Below, one piece after another: positions 37,881-46,093 of a stretch of DNA of 64,000 nt. Numbering within the stretch: position 1 is the first letter of the stretch; every line of letters begins with the position of its first letter. Source of the DNA: an uncultured Flavobacterium sp. (GTDB lineage Bacteria; Bacteroidota; Bacteroidia; Flavobacteriales; Flavobacteriaceae); assembly GCA_963511795.1 (NCBI GenBank), contig CAUPKP010000013.1, positions 9,279 to 73,278 of the forward strand. Direction: 5' to 3'. The notes under the pieces are model-generated. The model had not been told where the DNA came from. It saw only the letters and a program-made list of their open reading frames with translations, and made no database searches. A program made the position numbers and the translations under genes.

Positions 37881-39188
37881 ATGAAACACTTTAAAAGCAT
37901 CTTTTTATTTTTTTTATGCATGACCTATTTTTTCTGTGCTAATGCCCAAGATAATGCACCTATTAAAGAATTTAATTTTGGTGCAAATGCGGATAAAAAA
38001 TCCGGTACGGTCATAAATAAAGCTGTTGCGTATACTAAAGCTATTGGATACGGATTTGATTTACAATCTGATAAAAATGTAACATTTGACGAAAAATCAA
38101 TATCTGCTAAGAGTCCGTTCTATTTTTCGATAAAGCTTCCAGAAGGAAATTATAGTGTGGAGGTCGTTTTGGGTGGCAGCAACAGCGGCATTACAACTGT
38201 AAAGGCTGAGTCCAGAAGATTGATGCTGCGGGAAATTAAAACTGCTGCAAATGAAACCAAAACAGCACGTTTTGTGGTCAATGTCAGAACCGCGAGGTTT
38301 GATGTGAACAATACCATTAGTCTTAAACCTGCGGAACTTAAGGGGTTGAATTGGGATGAGAAATTAACCTTGGAGTTTTTGGGGACATCAATTGTTCAAA
38401 GCATTAAAATTTATCCTATTTCAAAAATCAAAACAATTTATGTGGCTGGAGATTCTACCGTTATGGAACATGATTTGGAGCCGTGGGCATCTTGGACACA
38501 GTTTTTTCCAAATTATTTGACATCAGATGTAGTGATGGCCAATTATGCTTGTTCAGGTTTAACGCTCAGTTCTTTTAAATCTGAATATCGATTAGAGAAA
38601 ATTTTATACTTGATGGAACCAGGTGATTATCTTTTTATTGCGTTTGGCCACAATGACCAAAAAGCAACAGGAGATGGAAAAGAAGCTTCAGGAAAGTATA
38701 CCGCGTTACTAAAGGATCTTATTACAAAAACCAGAAATAAAGGAGGTTCTCCAATATTGATAACTCCAATACAAAGACGTTATTTTAATCCTAATGGGAC
38801 TTTAAAGCCTACTCACGGCGAGTTTCCAGATGCAATGCGAAAAGTGGCTCAAGAGATGCAGGTTCCTTTGATAGATGTTACTAAACTGACAACTTCTCTA
38901 TACGAAAGCTGGGGTAATGAACTTTCAAAAAAAGCATTCGTTTATTATCCTGTCGATACCTTTCCTGGACAAATAAGTGCTTTGGCTGATAATACCCACT
39001 TAAATAGCTTTGGTGCCAATGAAGTGGCTAAATGTATAGTACAGAATATTAAAAACAAAGGTTTGCCTCTTGCTAAAAATATAAAACCTACAGTTCCTCA
39101 TTATGTTTTTAAAAACCCAAGCAAACCAAGTGATTGGACTGTGCCGATGAGTGCTCGAATTGAATTGACAAAACCTGATGGGGAATAA
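37881..39188 (+). CDS. Rhamnogalacturonan acetylesterase-like SGNH/GDSL esterase (CE12-like) with N-terminal beta domain
   Basis: Signal peptide; AGDSTV, FGHND, DNTH catalytic blocks. Confidence 0.85.
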   Translation: MKHFKSIFLFFLCMTYFFCANAQDNAPIKEFNFGANADKKSGTVINKAVAYTKAIGYGFDLQSDKNVTFDEKSISAKSPFYFSIKLPEGNYSVEVVLGGSNSGITTVKAESRRLMLREIKTAANETKTARFVVNVRTARFDVNNTISLKPAELKGLNWDEKLTLEFLGTSIVQSIKIYPISKIKTIYVAGDSTVMEHDLEPWASWTQFFPNYLTSDVVMANYACSGLTLSSFKSEYRLEKILYLMEPGDYLFIAFGHNDQKATGDGKEASGKYTALLKDLITKTRNKGGSPILITPIQRRYFNPNGTLKPTHGEFPDAMRKVAQEMQVPLIDVTKLTTSLYESWGNELSKKAFVYYPVDTFPGQISALADNTHLNSFGANEVAKCIVQNIKNKGLPLAKNIKPTVPHYVFKNPSKPSDWTVPMSARIELTKPDGE

Positions 39189-39279
39189 AAACTTAGATCT
39201 CTAAGCAGTCATGTTTTAAAGGAAAAAATATTTAGGATTATGACAAAAAAAGTTTTTTGCATTCCTATTTTATACAAAC

Positions 39280-39383
39280 TTGTCATTTCGACGGAGGAGA
39301 AATCTCAGCAAGCAGCTCCGCAATCAAAAGCATCAATCTTTGTCGATCTAGAGACTGAGATTCCTCCTCCGTCGGAATGACAA
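39280..39383. repeat. REP/MITE-like long inverted repeat
   Basis: 29-bp arms TTGTCATTTCGACGGAGGAGAAATCTCAG / CTGAGATTCCTCCTCCGTCGGAATGACAA with 2 mismatches. Confidence 0.85.
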
Positions 39384-39469
39384 TACTGGGTCTAGAAATG
39401 GATGAAGTATTAAACTTATGCTGTCGCGAAAGCCAGATTTGTAAATTTAGAAATTGTCAAAACTTTATT

Positions 39470-39694
39470 TTATAATCGCTTTACTAATTCTGCTATTGTA
39501 GCCCATAATCCAATTAATAGAGTAAATAAAACGCTATACAACCTATAATATGTAAAGAAGTTGAAATAATATTCGATATTTTCTTCCGCCTTTTTTTTAT
39601 TGCAAATTATCCATTTGACCGTGAAGAAAAAGGTAATTAAAAATACAATTGTATAAATTACTAATGCTGTTGTACTTTCATTTTGAATATTCAA
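39470..39694 (-). CDS. Small 2-TM hypothetical protein
   Basis: 74 aa, TTG start 3 bp after the upstream stop; two hydrophobic helices. Confidence 0.5.
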   Translation of the reverse strand: MNIQNESTTALVIYTIVFLITFFFTVKWIICNKKKAEENIEYYFNFFTYYRLYSVLFTLLIGLWATIAELVKRL

Positions 39695-39697
39695 GTC

Positions 39698-40405
39698 TTA
39701 TTTTATTTTACCTAAATTAATTGACGAAAAATTTTCTTGAACTAAAGTAGCCTTACTTTCAAAGTCTAAATGAACTTTTTGTATGTCATCACTTAGCTTT
39801 AAACATTTTTCACTTATAATGTTCGATAATGCTAAAATTTTTGGATTTTCAAGTTCCGATTCGGCTAATGTCTTTAAAATATTGGCACTAGTTTTAAGTG
39901 AGAAACTTAATAATTCTTCATAATTTGTTATAAATCCGTTTACAAGAAATCGTATATTCTCAATTTTTTCTATTCTTTTTTCATACTTCGAAACTAACAT
40001 TTTGAAGCATTTTAAAAATAAATTAAAGTATGCTTTTTCAAGTTTCTTTTCACTAAGATCATTAGTTTGTTCATCTAAAAAATTAAGAAGTTTATTTCTA
40101 ATTCCAGAATCGATAGTTTTTAATGCAATTTCAAAAGTTGAACATTCTAAATCGTGAAGAAATTTATTTCTAAAAACCATAAATATTTCTAAGTCATTAT
40201 GTTCTTCTTTCGTTAATACTTCTAAGTCATAAAGCAAGTCTATTTTATTCTTAAAAGATATTCCTGCTTTGCTACCAAAATTTTTACTTTTTATGTGATC
40301 ATTTATCTCAAAATGTACAACTAAAAATGTATTAACTGAATTTTCTATGTCTAGCGCATACTCAAGGACTTTTGTTCGCAGTTCTATATTTTTTTGTGAT
40401 TTCAT
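39698..40405 (-). CDS. AT-rich hypothetical protein with HEPN-like RNxxxH motif
   Basis: All-helical-looking sequence; FKNKIDLL...EIFMVFRNKFLHD. Confidence 0.6.
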   Translation of the reverse strand: MKSQKNIELRTKVLEYALDIENSVNTFLVVHFEINDHIKSKNFGSKAGISFKNKIDLLYDLEVLTKEEHNDLEIFMVFRNKFLHDLECSTFEIALKTIDSGIRNKLLNFLDEQTNDLSEKKLEKAYFNLFLKCFKMLVSKYEKRIEKIENIRFLVNGFITNYEELLSFSLKTSANILKTLAESELENPKILALSNIISEKCLKLSDDIQKVHLDFESKATLVQENFSSINLGKIK

Positions 40406-40470
40406 TTTGTTAATAATATGATGGGTTAACTAAGTTGTTATGAAGGTTTGTATTTTAAAGTTAGTTTTTT

Positions 40471-41739
40471 TTACACCTCCCCTTTCGTCCTCTTCTCAGG
40501 TCGAATAATCATTCGCAACGATTGATCTTTGGAAAAATAAGCAATCATCCAGTTATAGAATGTCTGCAGTCTATTGCGGTAGGTTATTAATGAGATAAGG
40601 TGAATGAATAACCAAATTACCCAAGCAAAAAAGCCTTTGAAATGTATTTTATTTGGTAAATCGACAACGGCTTTGTTTTTTCCAATAATCGCCATAGAAC
40701 CTTTGTCATTGTATTTAAAAGGTTTTAACGGTTTGTTTTGAAGCATTAATTTGAAGTTTTCGGCTAAATTCACTCCTTGCTGGATGGCGACTTGCGCTAC
40801 CTGCGGATGGCCTCCTGCGAAATTGGTATCATTGGTTTGAATGCAGGTATCGCCAATGGCGTAGATATTTTCGGTGCCGTTTACTTTATTGAAGGCATCG
40901 GTTGCCATTCGTTTGCCACGGCCGTAACTTTCTGCTGGAATTCCTTCAAATTCTCTAGCTGAAACGCCTGCTGCCCAAATTAAATTTTTGGTTTGTATGG
41001 TTTTTCCATCGGCAAAGAAAACGGTATCGTCTTTATAATCCACAACACGAGTGTTTAGTTTTACGATAACTCCAAGTTTGGTTACTGCTTCGAGCGTGTC
41101 TTCCTGTGATTCTTTACTCATTGGGGATAAAAGTGCATCTCCTCCATCGACTAAATAAATATTACTTACCGATGTATCTAATTCGGGATATTCTTTGAGC
41201 AGAATGTTTTTTCGCATTTCGGCAAACATTCCCGAAACTTCCACACCTGTAGGTCCACCTCCAGCAACTACTATGGTTAATAGTGTTCTTCGCTTACGGA
41301 TGTCTTTGCAGATTGCTGCTTTTTCGAGGTTTTTCAATAATGTATTGCGCATTTCAATCGCATCATTGAGCGTTTTCATTGGAATGGCATTTTTCTTGAC
41401 ATTTTCCATCCCGAAGTAACTGGTTTCAGCGCCTGTAGCAAAAACCAAGCGGTCGTAATGCAATTCTCCGTTATTGAGAATGATTTTGTTTTCGGAAGGA
41501 ATCACTTTTTGCAGTTCGCCCAAACGAAACTGCAGATTTTTTTTGCCTGCAAAAAATTTTCGGAAAGGATAACTAATACTTGAAGGTTCTAAGAAAGCTG
41601 TAGCCACCTGATAGATGAGCGGCGGGAAGAAATTATAATTGTTTTTGTCAACAAGGGTGACTTCAATGTCTGTTTGGTTGGTAAGTTCTTTGGCTAAATT
41701 AATTCCGGCAAAACCTCCGCCTATGATTACTATTTGCAT
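40471..41739 (-). CDS. ndh: Type II NADH:quinone oxidoreductase
   Basis: IIGGGFAG, FPPLIYQVAT, VVAGGGPTGVEVSG, IWAAGV, AIGD, AQVAIQQG. Confidence 0.92.
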   Translation of the reverse strand: MQIVIIGGGFAGINLAKELTNQTDIEVTLVDKNNYNFFPPLIYQVATAFLEPSSISYPFRKFFAGKKNLQFRLGELQKVIPSENKIILNNGELHYDRLVFATGAETSYFGMENVKKNAIPMKTLNDAIEMRNTLLKNLEKAAICKDIRKRRTLLTIVVAGGGPTGVEVSGMFAEMRKNILLKEYPELDTSVSNIYLVDGGDALLSPMSKESQEDTLEAVTKLGVIVKLNTRVVDYKDDTVFFADGKTIQTKNLIWAAGVSAREFEGIPAESYGRGKRMATDAFNKVNGTENIYAIGDTCIQTNDTNFAGGHPQVAQVAIQQGVNLAENFKLMLQNKPLKPFKYNDKGSMAIIGKNKAVVDLPNKIHFKGFFAWVIWLFIHLISLITYRNRLQTFYNWMIAYFSKDQSLRMIIRPEKRTKGEV

Positions 41740-41811
41740 ATTGAGACTTTTATGAGAAAGATTGTTTTTAATACTATCTCATAAAAGTACAATTTATATT
41801 AGGAGCAAAAA

Positions 41812-43146
41812 TTAGTTTTTAAATTTTTTAACAGGCTTTTCTGCTATTTCGGTTTTGTTCTGCAGCAAATAATTAGCCAACAATTTTTCAATCAGTTCGT
41901 CTTTGGTAAGATGATGAAAAATAGTTTTTATTTTTGTTTTTAATTCGGCATCCACATCGTGATTGGGTTTTGTCTTGAAGATTTGTTTCGCCCATAAAAG
42001 GGTGTTGTTTTCTTCGATACTCGCAACAGACGGTTTTTTGTATTTGGAAAACTGGATTCCCAATTCTCTTTCAAAATCAGCAATTTCAGATTCTTCTTCG
42101 GGCTGTAAAACGGTTAAAGAAAGTCCTTTGGCTCCTGCCCTAGCCGTTCTTCCGCTGCGGTGAACGTAAACTTCATAAACATCCGGCAAGTGATAATTGA
42201 CCACATAAGAAATCTCTTTTACGTCAATTCCTCTCGCAGCCAAATCGGTTGCCACCAAAATATTTATGTGTCCTTCACGGAATTGCTCCATAATTCGGTC
42301 ACGGATTCCTTGTGATAAACTTCCGTGCAATGCTCCTGATGAAAATCTGTTAATAGCTAAGTTTTTAGCCAATTTATTAACTGCAGCTTTGGTTTTACAG
42401 AAAATAATACCGCGTTCTCCTTCTTTCGAATTCAGGAAATGCATTAAAACATCCAGTTTTTCTATTGGATCTACCACAATATAGTTGTGATCAATCCCTT
42501 GATTACCGACAGTTTCCATGCTGGCGCTTACCGTCACTACGTTTTTGTTTAAGTAATTCTGGATTAACTGCTTAATGGTTCCTGGCATAGTCGCCGAAAA
42601 CAAAAAGGTTCTGTATGTTTTTGGTAATTCGGTTATGATTTCGTCCAAAGCTTCTTTTAGAATCGATACCATTTCATCGGCTTCATCGAGAACCAAGAAT
42701 TTGGTTTCTTTCAGGCTAATGGCTTTACGCTGCAGTAAATCGATTAAACGGCCTGGTGTTGCAACAACAATATGTGTCGGTGTTTTTAATCTTTCAATCT
42801 GAGGTTTGATTGGGATTCCGCCACAAACACTTGCAATCGAAACTTCAGGAAGATACTTTGCGTAACTTTCTAAATTATTGAAAATCTGCTGTCCCAATTC
42901 TCTTGTCGGCACTAGAATTACGGCTTGTACTGCTGAAATATTCGTATCGACTAATTGTAATAAAGGCAATCCAAAAGCAGCGGTTTTTCCTGTTCCAGTT
43001 TTGGCAAGTCCCACGATGTCAGTTGTGTTTGCTAACAATAACGGAATTGTTTTTTGCTGAATTTCGGTCGGGGTTACAATTCCCATTTCGGTAACCGCTT
43101 TTAGTATTCCTTTTGAAACTCCTAAATCTGAGAATTGTGCTGACAT
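41812..43146 (-). CDS. DEAD-box RNA helicase
   Basis: Q motif, AKTGTGKT, PTRELG, TPGRL, DEAD, SAT, TDLAARGID, HRSGRTARAG. Confidence 0.95.
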   Translation of the reverse strand: MSAQFSDLGVSKGILKAVTEMGIVTPTEIQQKTIPLLLANTTDIVGLAKTGTGKTAAFGLPLLQLVDTNISAVQAVILVPTRELGQQIFNNLESYAKYLPEVSIASVCGGIPIKPQIERLKTPTHIVVATPGRLIDLLQRKAISLKETKFLVLDEADEMVSILKEALDEIITELPKTYRTFLFSATMPGTIKQLIQNYLNKNVVTVSASMETVGNQGIDHNYIVVDPIEKLDVLMHFLNSKEGERGIIFCKTKAAVNKLAKNLAINRFSSGALHGSLSQGIRDRIMEQFREGHINILVATDLAARGIDVKEISYVVNYHLPDVYEVYVHRSGRTARAGAKGLSLTVLQPEEESEIADFERELGIQFSKYKKPSVASIEENNTLLWAKQIFKTKPNHDVDAELKTKIKTIFHHLTKDELIEKLLANYLLQNKTEIAEKPVKKFKN

Positions 43147-43163
43147 GCTTTTTTGTTTTTAGA

Positions 43164-43215
43164 CCTCACCCCCCAGCCCCTCTCCAAAAGAGAGGGGAGG
43201 TTGATAAGTATATTT
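43164..43215 (+). repeat. C-rich REP-like palindrome, left direct repeat of a composite element
   Basis: CCTCACCCCCCAGCCCCTCTCCAAAAGAGAGGGGAGGTTGATAAGTATATTT. Confidence 0.8.
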
Positions 43216-43257
43216 CTTTTTTAATTGTAATGCTAATGAATAGCGTAATGTTGTTTT

Positions 43258-43380
43258 AGCCCCGATAGTAGTGGAAATCCTTATGAGCCGGGGTTCGGCT
43301 TATAAGATTACTTCACTTAACTTTTATTTTAAGCGGAGTTCAGTGAACTTCGTTTGTAGTGGATAGCGGGATTAGCTCCT
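43258..43380 (+). repeat. Structured repeat copy D (Flavo-1-like, with internal insertion)
   Basis: AGCCCCGATAGTAGTGGAAATC-CTTATGAGCCG-GGGTT-CGGCTTATAAG-ATT...GTGGATAGCGGGATTAGCTCCT. Confidence 0.7.
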
Positions 43381-43385
43381 GAAAA

Positions 43386-43436
43386 CCTCACCCCAAACTC
43401 TTCTCCAAAAGAGGGGGGAGATTGATGCGTATATTT
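43386..43436 (+). repeat. Degenerate C-rich REP-like palindrome, right direct repeat
   Basis: CCTCACCCCAAACTCTTCTCCAAAAGAGGGGGGAGATTGATGCGTATATTT. Confidence 0.7.
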
Positions 43437-43467
43437 ACTGAATACTTATAACTGAATACTGAACACT
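43437..43467. repeat. 7-nt-period ACTGAAT array
   Basis: ACTGAAT/ACTTATA/ACTGAAT/ACTGAAC/ACT. Confidence 0.65.
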
Positions 43468-43469
43468 TT

Positions 43470-45008
43470 TTAATCGGCTTCGTTCATGATTTTCTCACGA
43501 TATTTTTTTCCGATTAATAAGGTCATTTTTAGTTTATAATCTTCCATTAGCCATTCTCTATAGTTTTTGCTGCATTGGCTAAGGCATTTTGAAAAACGTT
43601 TTACACGGTATTCAATATCGGCTTCCAGTTCTTTTGAAAGCGCTTTGGCTTCCTGCAGTTCTTCGGTATTGTCCACACACATGGCGGCGTGCTGATCAAT
43701 TGATTTATCTAAAACTACTTTGGATCTTAAGTTCTGAGCGATAGCAAGTTTGTGCTCTTCATCTACATCAAAAGTTACATCGGCAGTTTTACTGAATTTT
43801 GCACGTAAATCTGGAGGCATTGTGTATTTGAAATGTGTTTCAATTTCGCTGTCATCTCTTAAATTCTCCAAGTAAAACTCGGGAGATTTAAAGATATGCT
43901 GCCAGTTTACGGGATCACTCCACAATCCGAAACGTGCGGCGTTATTACCCAAATCAATCACGGCAAATTCGTCTTTTCCAGGTAATTTTCTAGAACCACG
44001 GCCTATCATTTGGAAATACAAAGTCAGGGATTTGGTTGCTCTGTTCAAAATAATGGTTTCAACAGTTGGCTCATCAAAACCGGTTGTAAGGATTCCGACA
44101 GAAGTCAAAATAGCATCTGGAGTGTGTTTGAACCAATGCAAAATCTCTTTTCGTTCTTCGGTACTGCTGGTATTATCAAGGTGACGAATACCGTAACCTG
44201 CTTCTCTAAACGTTTCATAAACATATAAAGAAGTGTTGATACCGTTGTTGAAAATCAAGGTTTTTTTGCCTAAAGATTTTTCGGTATAGGCATGCAGTAA
44301 TTTTTCCTGCATCGCCATATTGGTGTATAAATCGTCTGATGATTTTACGGTGTAATCTCCGTTTATACCAACTTTTAATGATGTTAATCCAACATCATAA
44401 CTGTAAGTAATTGCTTTTGCCAAGAAACCATTTTCTATTAATGAGCTAATGGTGTCTCCCACGATTAGTTCATCATAGCTTTGGTGCATTGGCAGTTTTA
44501 TGTTTGAACTCAATGGAGTTGCTGTTACTCCAAGTATGAATGCATTTTTGAACGATTTCAATAATTTTCTAAAGGAATTGTAATGCGCCTCATCGATAAT
44601 TACCAGACCTATATTATCTAAATGTAATTTTTCGTCATTGATACGGTTTTTCAAAGTTTCGACCATCGCAACAAAACAAGAATAATCATTTTGGTCCGGA
44701 AGTTCTTTTACCTTACTGTTGATGATTTTGTTTTTTACGTCAAATCCTTTCAACATTTTTGAAGTTTGTTTACACAGCTCGATACGGTGTGTAAGCACTA
44801 CTACTTTTTTGTTGTGCTGTGACAAATAACGGCGTACGATTTCGGAAAAAATAACGGTTTTTCCTCCACCTGTAGGCAATTGGTATAATAAATGATGTTG
44901 TGCAGGAGCATTATCTATACGCTCAAAAATGGCGTCAATGTCTCCTTGCTGGTAAGCGTAAAGTTCTTTTTTGGCTTCGATTTCAATTTCTAAACTCTCT
45001 TGATGCAT
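43470..45008 (-). CDS. SF2 DEAH helicase (RadD/Irc3/ResIII-like)
   Basis: YAYQ, LPTGGGKT, IIDEAH, VTATP, LTTGFDEP, YFQMIGRGSR. Confidence 0.88.
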   Translation of the reverse strand: MHQESLEIEIEAKKELYAYQQGDIDAIFERIDNAPAQHHLLYQLPTGGGKTVIFSEIVRRYLSQHNKKVVVLTHRIELCKQTSKMLKGFDVKNKIINSKVKELPDQNDYSCFVAMVETLKNRINDEKLHLDNIGLVIIDEAHYNSFRKLLKSFKNAFILGVTATPLSSNIKLPMHQSYDELIVGDTISSLIENGFLAKAITYSYDVGLTSLKVGINGDYTVKSSDDLYTNMAMQEKLLHAYTEKSLGKKTLIFNNGINTSLYVYETFREAGYGIRHLDNTSSTEERKEILHWFKHTPDAILTSVGILTTGFDEPTVETIILNRATKSLTLYFQMIGRGSRKLPGKDEFAVIDLGNNAARFGLWSDPVNWQHIFKSPEFYLENLRDDSEIETHFKYTMPPDLRAKFSKTADVTFDVDEEHKLAIAQNLRSKVVLDKSIDQHAAMCVDNTEELQEAKALSKELEADIEYRVKRFSKCLSQCSKNYREWLMEDYKLKMTLLIGKKYREKIMNEAD

Positions 45009-45028
45009 TGTATATTTTTCGATTTTTG

Positions 45029-45036
45029 CAAAAATA
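45029..45036 (-). promoter_or_regulatory. Bacteroidota -7 element for the helicase gene
   Basis: TATTTTTG on the minus strand 20 bp upstream of the ATG. Confidence 0.55.
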
Positions 45037-45098
45037 CGCCTAAAAAACAGTTATTCGGTCAAAAATTTTTAAAAAAATATAAGCTGGGATAACAAAGA

Positions 45099-45650
45099 TT
45101 AATTATAAAGGTCTTTTTCGTTATCCAAAAGTTCAACATTTGATTTAAAATCAGTGCGGTTCATCCATTTTTGATTTGAGGCTTCATCCGAAACGGCAAT
45201 TAATCGGCTCTTGAATTCATTGATAATTCCATTTGAGATTATGAAATTTAAGGCTTGTTCGAATGAATTAAACATGCTTTTGTAAAATAATTCATGTCTT
45301 ATAATGTTCTCTGAAGCAAAAGTCTGAGCAATTTCGATGTTATAAAGCATTACATCTGCAATAACGAATGGATCTACTCCTAAAACGATAAAGTGTTTGA
45401 TGTATTTTTGCGCGACCGAACGTCTCATTTTAGGTTTTTTTCTTTTGCCTTTTGTCTGCAGCGGAAAATACTCATGAGAGATTTTGAGTTTGCATTCCTG
45501 TAATAGTGTTTCTTCTTTTGGATTGAATACAAAATTGTAATATACTTTTACCGGAGGGAATTTTTCATATAATTCAAGAATCTGCTCTTCCAGCTGATCT
45601 TTGGTAAGTTCATTTAAATATTTTTTTAAATCGCGCTTGCTCATTTTCAA
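45099..45650 (-). CDS. Conserved hypothetical protein (DUF6155-like)
   Basis: MSKRDLKKYL.ELTK.QLEEQI.ELY.KF..VK.YY N-terminus; TACTTTTG promoter element at 45663-45670. Confidence 0.65.
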   Translation of the reverse strand: MKMSKRDLKKYLNELTKDQLEEQILELYEKFPPVKVYYNFVFNPKEETLLQECKLKISHEYFPLQTKGKRKKPKMRRSVAQKYIKHFIVLGVDPFVIADVMLYNIEIAQTFASENIIRHELFYKSMFNSFEQALNFIISNGIINEFKSRLIAVSDEASNQKWMNRTDFKSNVELLDNEKDLYN

Positions 45651-45745
45651 AGTTTAAGAATACAAAAGTAATTTAGTTTTTAAACGAATACAGTATTTAT
45701 GAATGTTATTACTTAATTTTGCCGATTATTATTAAAATATATAAA

Positions 45746-46015
45746 ATGCTTAAGATTTTTAGAATTACAGCCATTGTTGAAGGAATATCTGCTTTACTAT
45801 TATTTTTTTTTGCTATGCCGATGAAATACATTTTTAATGATCCTTTTTATGTTAAACATATTGGTATGGCGCATGGAGTATTATTTACTATTTATATTAT
45901 TCTTGCAACGATTTTGAAGTTTAGTGAAAAATGGAATCTTAAAAAATATTTTATCATTTGCATTGCATCCATCCCTCCTTTTGGAACTTTTTATGTGGAG
46001 AAAAAATATTTGTAA
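45746..46015 (+). CDS. DUF3817 family small membrane protein
   Basis: FR.TAI.EG.S.LLL...AMP.KY, G.AHG.LF, ASIPPFGTF; ATG at 45746 preferred over 45719. Confidence 0.8.
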   Translation: MLKIFRITAIVEGISALLLFFFAMPMKYIFNDPFYVKHIGMAHGVLFTIYIILATILKFSEKWNLKKYFIICIASIPPFGTFYVEKKYL

Positions 46016-46093
46016 AATTTTAGTCAATTAGTTGATAGTTATTATTTTTTAAATACTAATTACTAACAGCTAATTTATAAGCACTCATAAAAA

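Noticed and set aside
43470-45008. Helicase as a restriction-modification or defence subunit
   Set aside because: No methyltransferase, specificity or nuclease gene or domain nearby; GC content looks like core genes
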